Shown here piece after piece: positions 60,598 to 64,000 of a stretch of DNA of 64,000 bases (position 1 is its first letter; every line of letters starts with the position of its first letter). This stretch comes from Basidiobolus meristosporus CBS 931.73 (lineage: Eukaryota; Fungi; Basidiobolomycota): contig MCFE01000390.1 of NCBI GenBank assembly GCA_002104905.1, forward strand, positions 1-64,000, written 5' to 3'. A program made the translations under genes and the position numbers. Under the pieces are notes generated by a model that was not told the origin of the DNA, ran no database searches, and saw only the letters and a program-made list of their open reading frames with translations.

Positions 60598-63500
60598 CCC
60601 GCCGACCCACTCGTATGGCATTAGCCTGGATCATTCATCTCACCCCTCCCCGTATTAACCACACCTACATACCATCCTAACTTTAACTTAGCCATTCTAT
60701 AACCCACCATTCCCCCCGAACTGACCCTAGTTGGATTATATGTGTATATACTATCGGAGGGCATGATCTATCCATCGATCCCGTATGTATTCCTTGCCCA
60801 CCTCTCCCGACCACGTTTTCTGTCTTCCATAGCATTCAGCATTTTGACTTCCATTGGAACCTGTACCATAGATCTAGTTATCTAAATAACATTAAAAGTA
60901 ATCGTCCAAACATCACCACGTCAAACGAACGGACCGGGTAACCAACTTCTACTTTGGCTCATTTCCAAGCACCCACGCCACTGCAGATGAGCATCATTCG
61001 ATGCGACCTGGGGCGCGCCAAACCCAACATCGATTTCATTGCTCCCCCCCCCCTCCCTCCAATGCTTGGTATGCGGGATGACGAGATGGCGACATAGGTT
61101 AGACACCCAGTAGGCCCGATTAGTCAATAGATGGATCCGATGGGGATCACATGAGGTTGGGTCTCTTCCACCAATCATGCAGGGTTTTGGTGGAATCTGC
61201 CGTCTTACGGGAAGGTGGATGTCATCCAACCCATGGGCCAATAGGGTCGCCAGATTGGGGATAATTTTGGTGGCACACACACCTGTGTACCTCATGTGTC
61301 AGTTGTACGTACGTCAACGGTGTCAGATGGATCTCCTTCTTGGCATCAATCAATCCCCCAAACAGGTGGTGGCGAATCCTGGAAGGGAGACTGGGAAAGC
61401 CCCCATCGGATCCTCTGCCAGTGACTTGGTGGTAAGTGCGGTTTCCACTTTCGCATTCGTCTTCGTGGCAAGGGGGAGGGTGCGTATCGAGTTCGAACGA
61501 TCGTGGACCTGGCCAAGAAGTAGCGTGAAATCCCCGCACCACACCTCACCCATCTCTCCGCTGCAGCACCATTGCCAGAGTCATCGTTGCGTTCAGCGCC
61601 CTCCAAAGCGATCCGGGGGTTTCTTAGATGGGTAGTGGCAGTGGGTTTATCGAGGGAAAGGATCTTCCACTCGGCTAGGAACAAGGATGTGTCGGACACG
61701 GTGTGAGTGTCTAGCGTCTAGAACGGGTCATGATCAATACCCAGTGCGTCAGTAGGGGGGGGGGGTTCTTGGCAGAGACAACCCTTGTAGGCCAGGACCT
61801 GTGATCAGTGGAAAGGATTTTCACCCTACCATAGGGTGTGTACTCAGCCTCTGCCGGGTCTGTGCCACATCGATGAGCGATCATTTGTTTTGGAGATGGT
61901 GTGCTTGGGTGTTGGAATGGCAACCAACTGCCATGTGGGTGGATCCGCTGTCAATGACACATGTCCGCAATGGCTCTACTGATGGACCAGGGAGACATCA
62001 CGAGTAACCGAGGTTTCCAGGCGGTTGGGATGGATCAACCAGTGCCATCCCAATCGAGTCGCGGTGAAAATCCCTCAAAGGGTAATCAGCCACCTGAAAC
62101 TGTCGCTGAGGACCAATCCACCATGAAACCACCACTATGGGCACATGCCAATTCCGAGGCTCGCCAAGCGCAGGTTTGGAACTTGGTGGGGTCGTAGGTT
62201 GTTTCATCTATGCTTCGTGATCCCCCAACCAGTTTCTCCGGTTCATCCATTCCGGTCGAATTTCTCCTACAGGCGGATGGAGCGAGTGGCAAGAATCCAC
62301 AACGGGCAGATACGTTTCTTCGGCCGACACCGCTCCACAGCTGGCCTGGCAAGACTGGGCCGGTCTTTATGCAGTCTACGGTGAATGCGATTCGCAGTAC
62401 CGGTGGTAGAAGTAGTGCCATCAGATAAGCCACTAGCTTCTATATGGACACATACGGGCCTCGTTTTCATACCATTTGCATAACATCTAGATTGGTAAAA
62501 GCATGCTTCGAGAGGACAGCCGATTTTAAAGTTGGCTCGATAAAAGCATTCAAGTTGATATCATCAGGATAAGTGGGTAGCGGGAACGGTCGAGTTGAGC
62601 CTTGGATTGGCAGTAATTTGCAGGGGTGGGAGTATTGATGTTTTTGCAAAAAATCGGGATAATCATTGGTAGTGTGCATCATGAATGATCAAGCAGATAT
62701 CTTTACTCTATAGATTCCAATCGTCCTTTCAATTGTCCAAGAAATGGGGAGATATGGAAAGTTGAGGAATCCTCTAAATTGGTTAGAAGACACAATCTTT
62801 TCCCTCCCATTCCATCGACTTTTGTAGTATAGCGCTGCAGCATGTTTGACAAGCTCTACCTAGATTATAAACTTTGATTCCACTTGATTGTGAATTAGAG
62901 CAGCTGCTGACTTCCACTAGCTTTAGATAGGGGATCATTTGAAATACACCAAATCCCCTAAATTTGGGGCAGGTCAAATGAGATTCATCTACTTATTACT
63001 GATATCAATACTTTCAATAGCAAAACCGGGATGCAAATGAATAGGATGGATCTGCTGCATGTTAAAGGGATACCTCCCAAGGCGTGGTTCAGTGAGCATC
63101 TTGAAGCAACACATTTAGAAGCCAAGCAATCTCCCAGTCCCACCACTCCAATTGATGTTGTGTAAGTAGGTGGATTGGGTGTATTTCCAGAAGCATCAAT
63201 TTGTTTAGGATTAACACTACGACTCTCTAAGTGATGAGCCAGCATGGGGCCATCATTGATCCAGGTAACCGGAAAATATCACGTGAGTAAACTTGTCAAG
63301 TTGGGTAGAAACATTCCCTAAGAAAAAATTCAACCAAAGACTAGCAGAATACTAAGTTTCTCTGAGTATAGAACCAACAATATCTTAGGTTCTAGCTGTT
63401 TCCCAGGCAACGAGGCATATTTTCTAGAAGTAGACTGGGATAAAAAGCATTCATACCAAATTTGGTAATAAGCTACTCACTACTTCCACAAAGATTTACA

Positions 63501-64000
63501 ACTAAAAATTTGAAGGAAAAACACCTGCGGAATGCCAGCAAAATACCATCAGAATTACAGCAGAATACCGGCAGATTATCAGAGGGATTTAGTAATTGGG
63601 TGTCATTTTACCACTTTGATGCAAGAGATTGAGTAGCCCACTGGGATGTTGTAGATTTGCCACCCTTCGATAATGTCCACCACAGTAGTAATCCTTAGTT
63701 GTATTGAATGATTGATTCCTACTTGAGTTGGTAGCCCATCATTGAGTCTGGTAACTAATCTGTCCCTGTAAAGGCATGTATCATGATCATCTAGCTGCTG
63801 CTATTCAGACTTCGAAACCTAATCCGCTCAGACCAGTAGAATCAACCTTGGATACTCACCAACGCTTTGATTTGAGAGCAAAAGAGAAGCTTGAACATGA
63901 GCATGATTATTTCAGGTCACGTCGTAAGCATGTGCGATATAGACGAACCCGAGTCTGTTTCTGCTCTTTGGGAACCGGATCCACCCCCCTCAGCAGACTA

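Noticed and set aside
60921-63245. Cluster of short ORFs downstream of the arrestin gene
   Set aside because: No motif or consistent exon structure recognised; could be a diverged gene but is not supportable from sequence alone

Overview
Eukaryotic window, most likely fungal (short introns with GT...CTAAC...AG signals, fungal-type initiator-tRNA primer sites). The species cannot be determined from sequence alone. Positions 1 to ~56.7 kb are a CpG-depleted array of nested transposons. It holds two Ty1/Copia families (A and C), a Ty3/Gypsy family (B), a chromovirus remnant, a further LTR-like family (D), CACTA/EnSpm-like transposase fragments and a PIF/Harbinger-related (PHIS) DNA transposon family. 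Almost all copies are pseudogenes. The exceptions are one Copia-A copy with an unbroken gag-pol ORF (51131-55814) and a 3.43-kb TIR element (33111-36543) encoding a DDE_Tnp_4-type transposase plus a divergent second ORF. Four non-autonomous derivatives share that element's AGACTTGTTCC termini and 3-bp target duplications, and two of them are ~733-bp foldback palindromes. Other structures are a 1.5-kb extended palindrome, a 7 x 233-bp tandem array apparently derived from a dead integrase, and duplicated or inverted nested-LTR junctions. From ~56.75 kb the DNA is CpG-rich and single-copy within the window, with an alpha-arrestin gene (59533-60597) and a candidate spliced minus-strand transcript. 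Family letters are my own labels, and coordinates of degenerate fragments are approximate.
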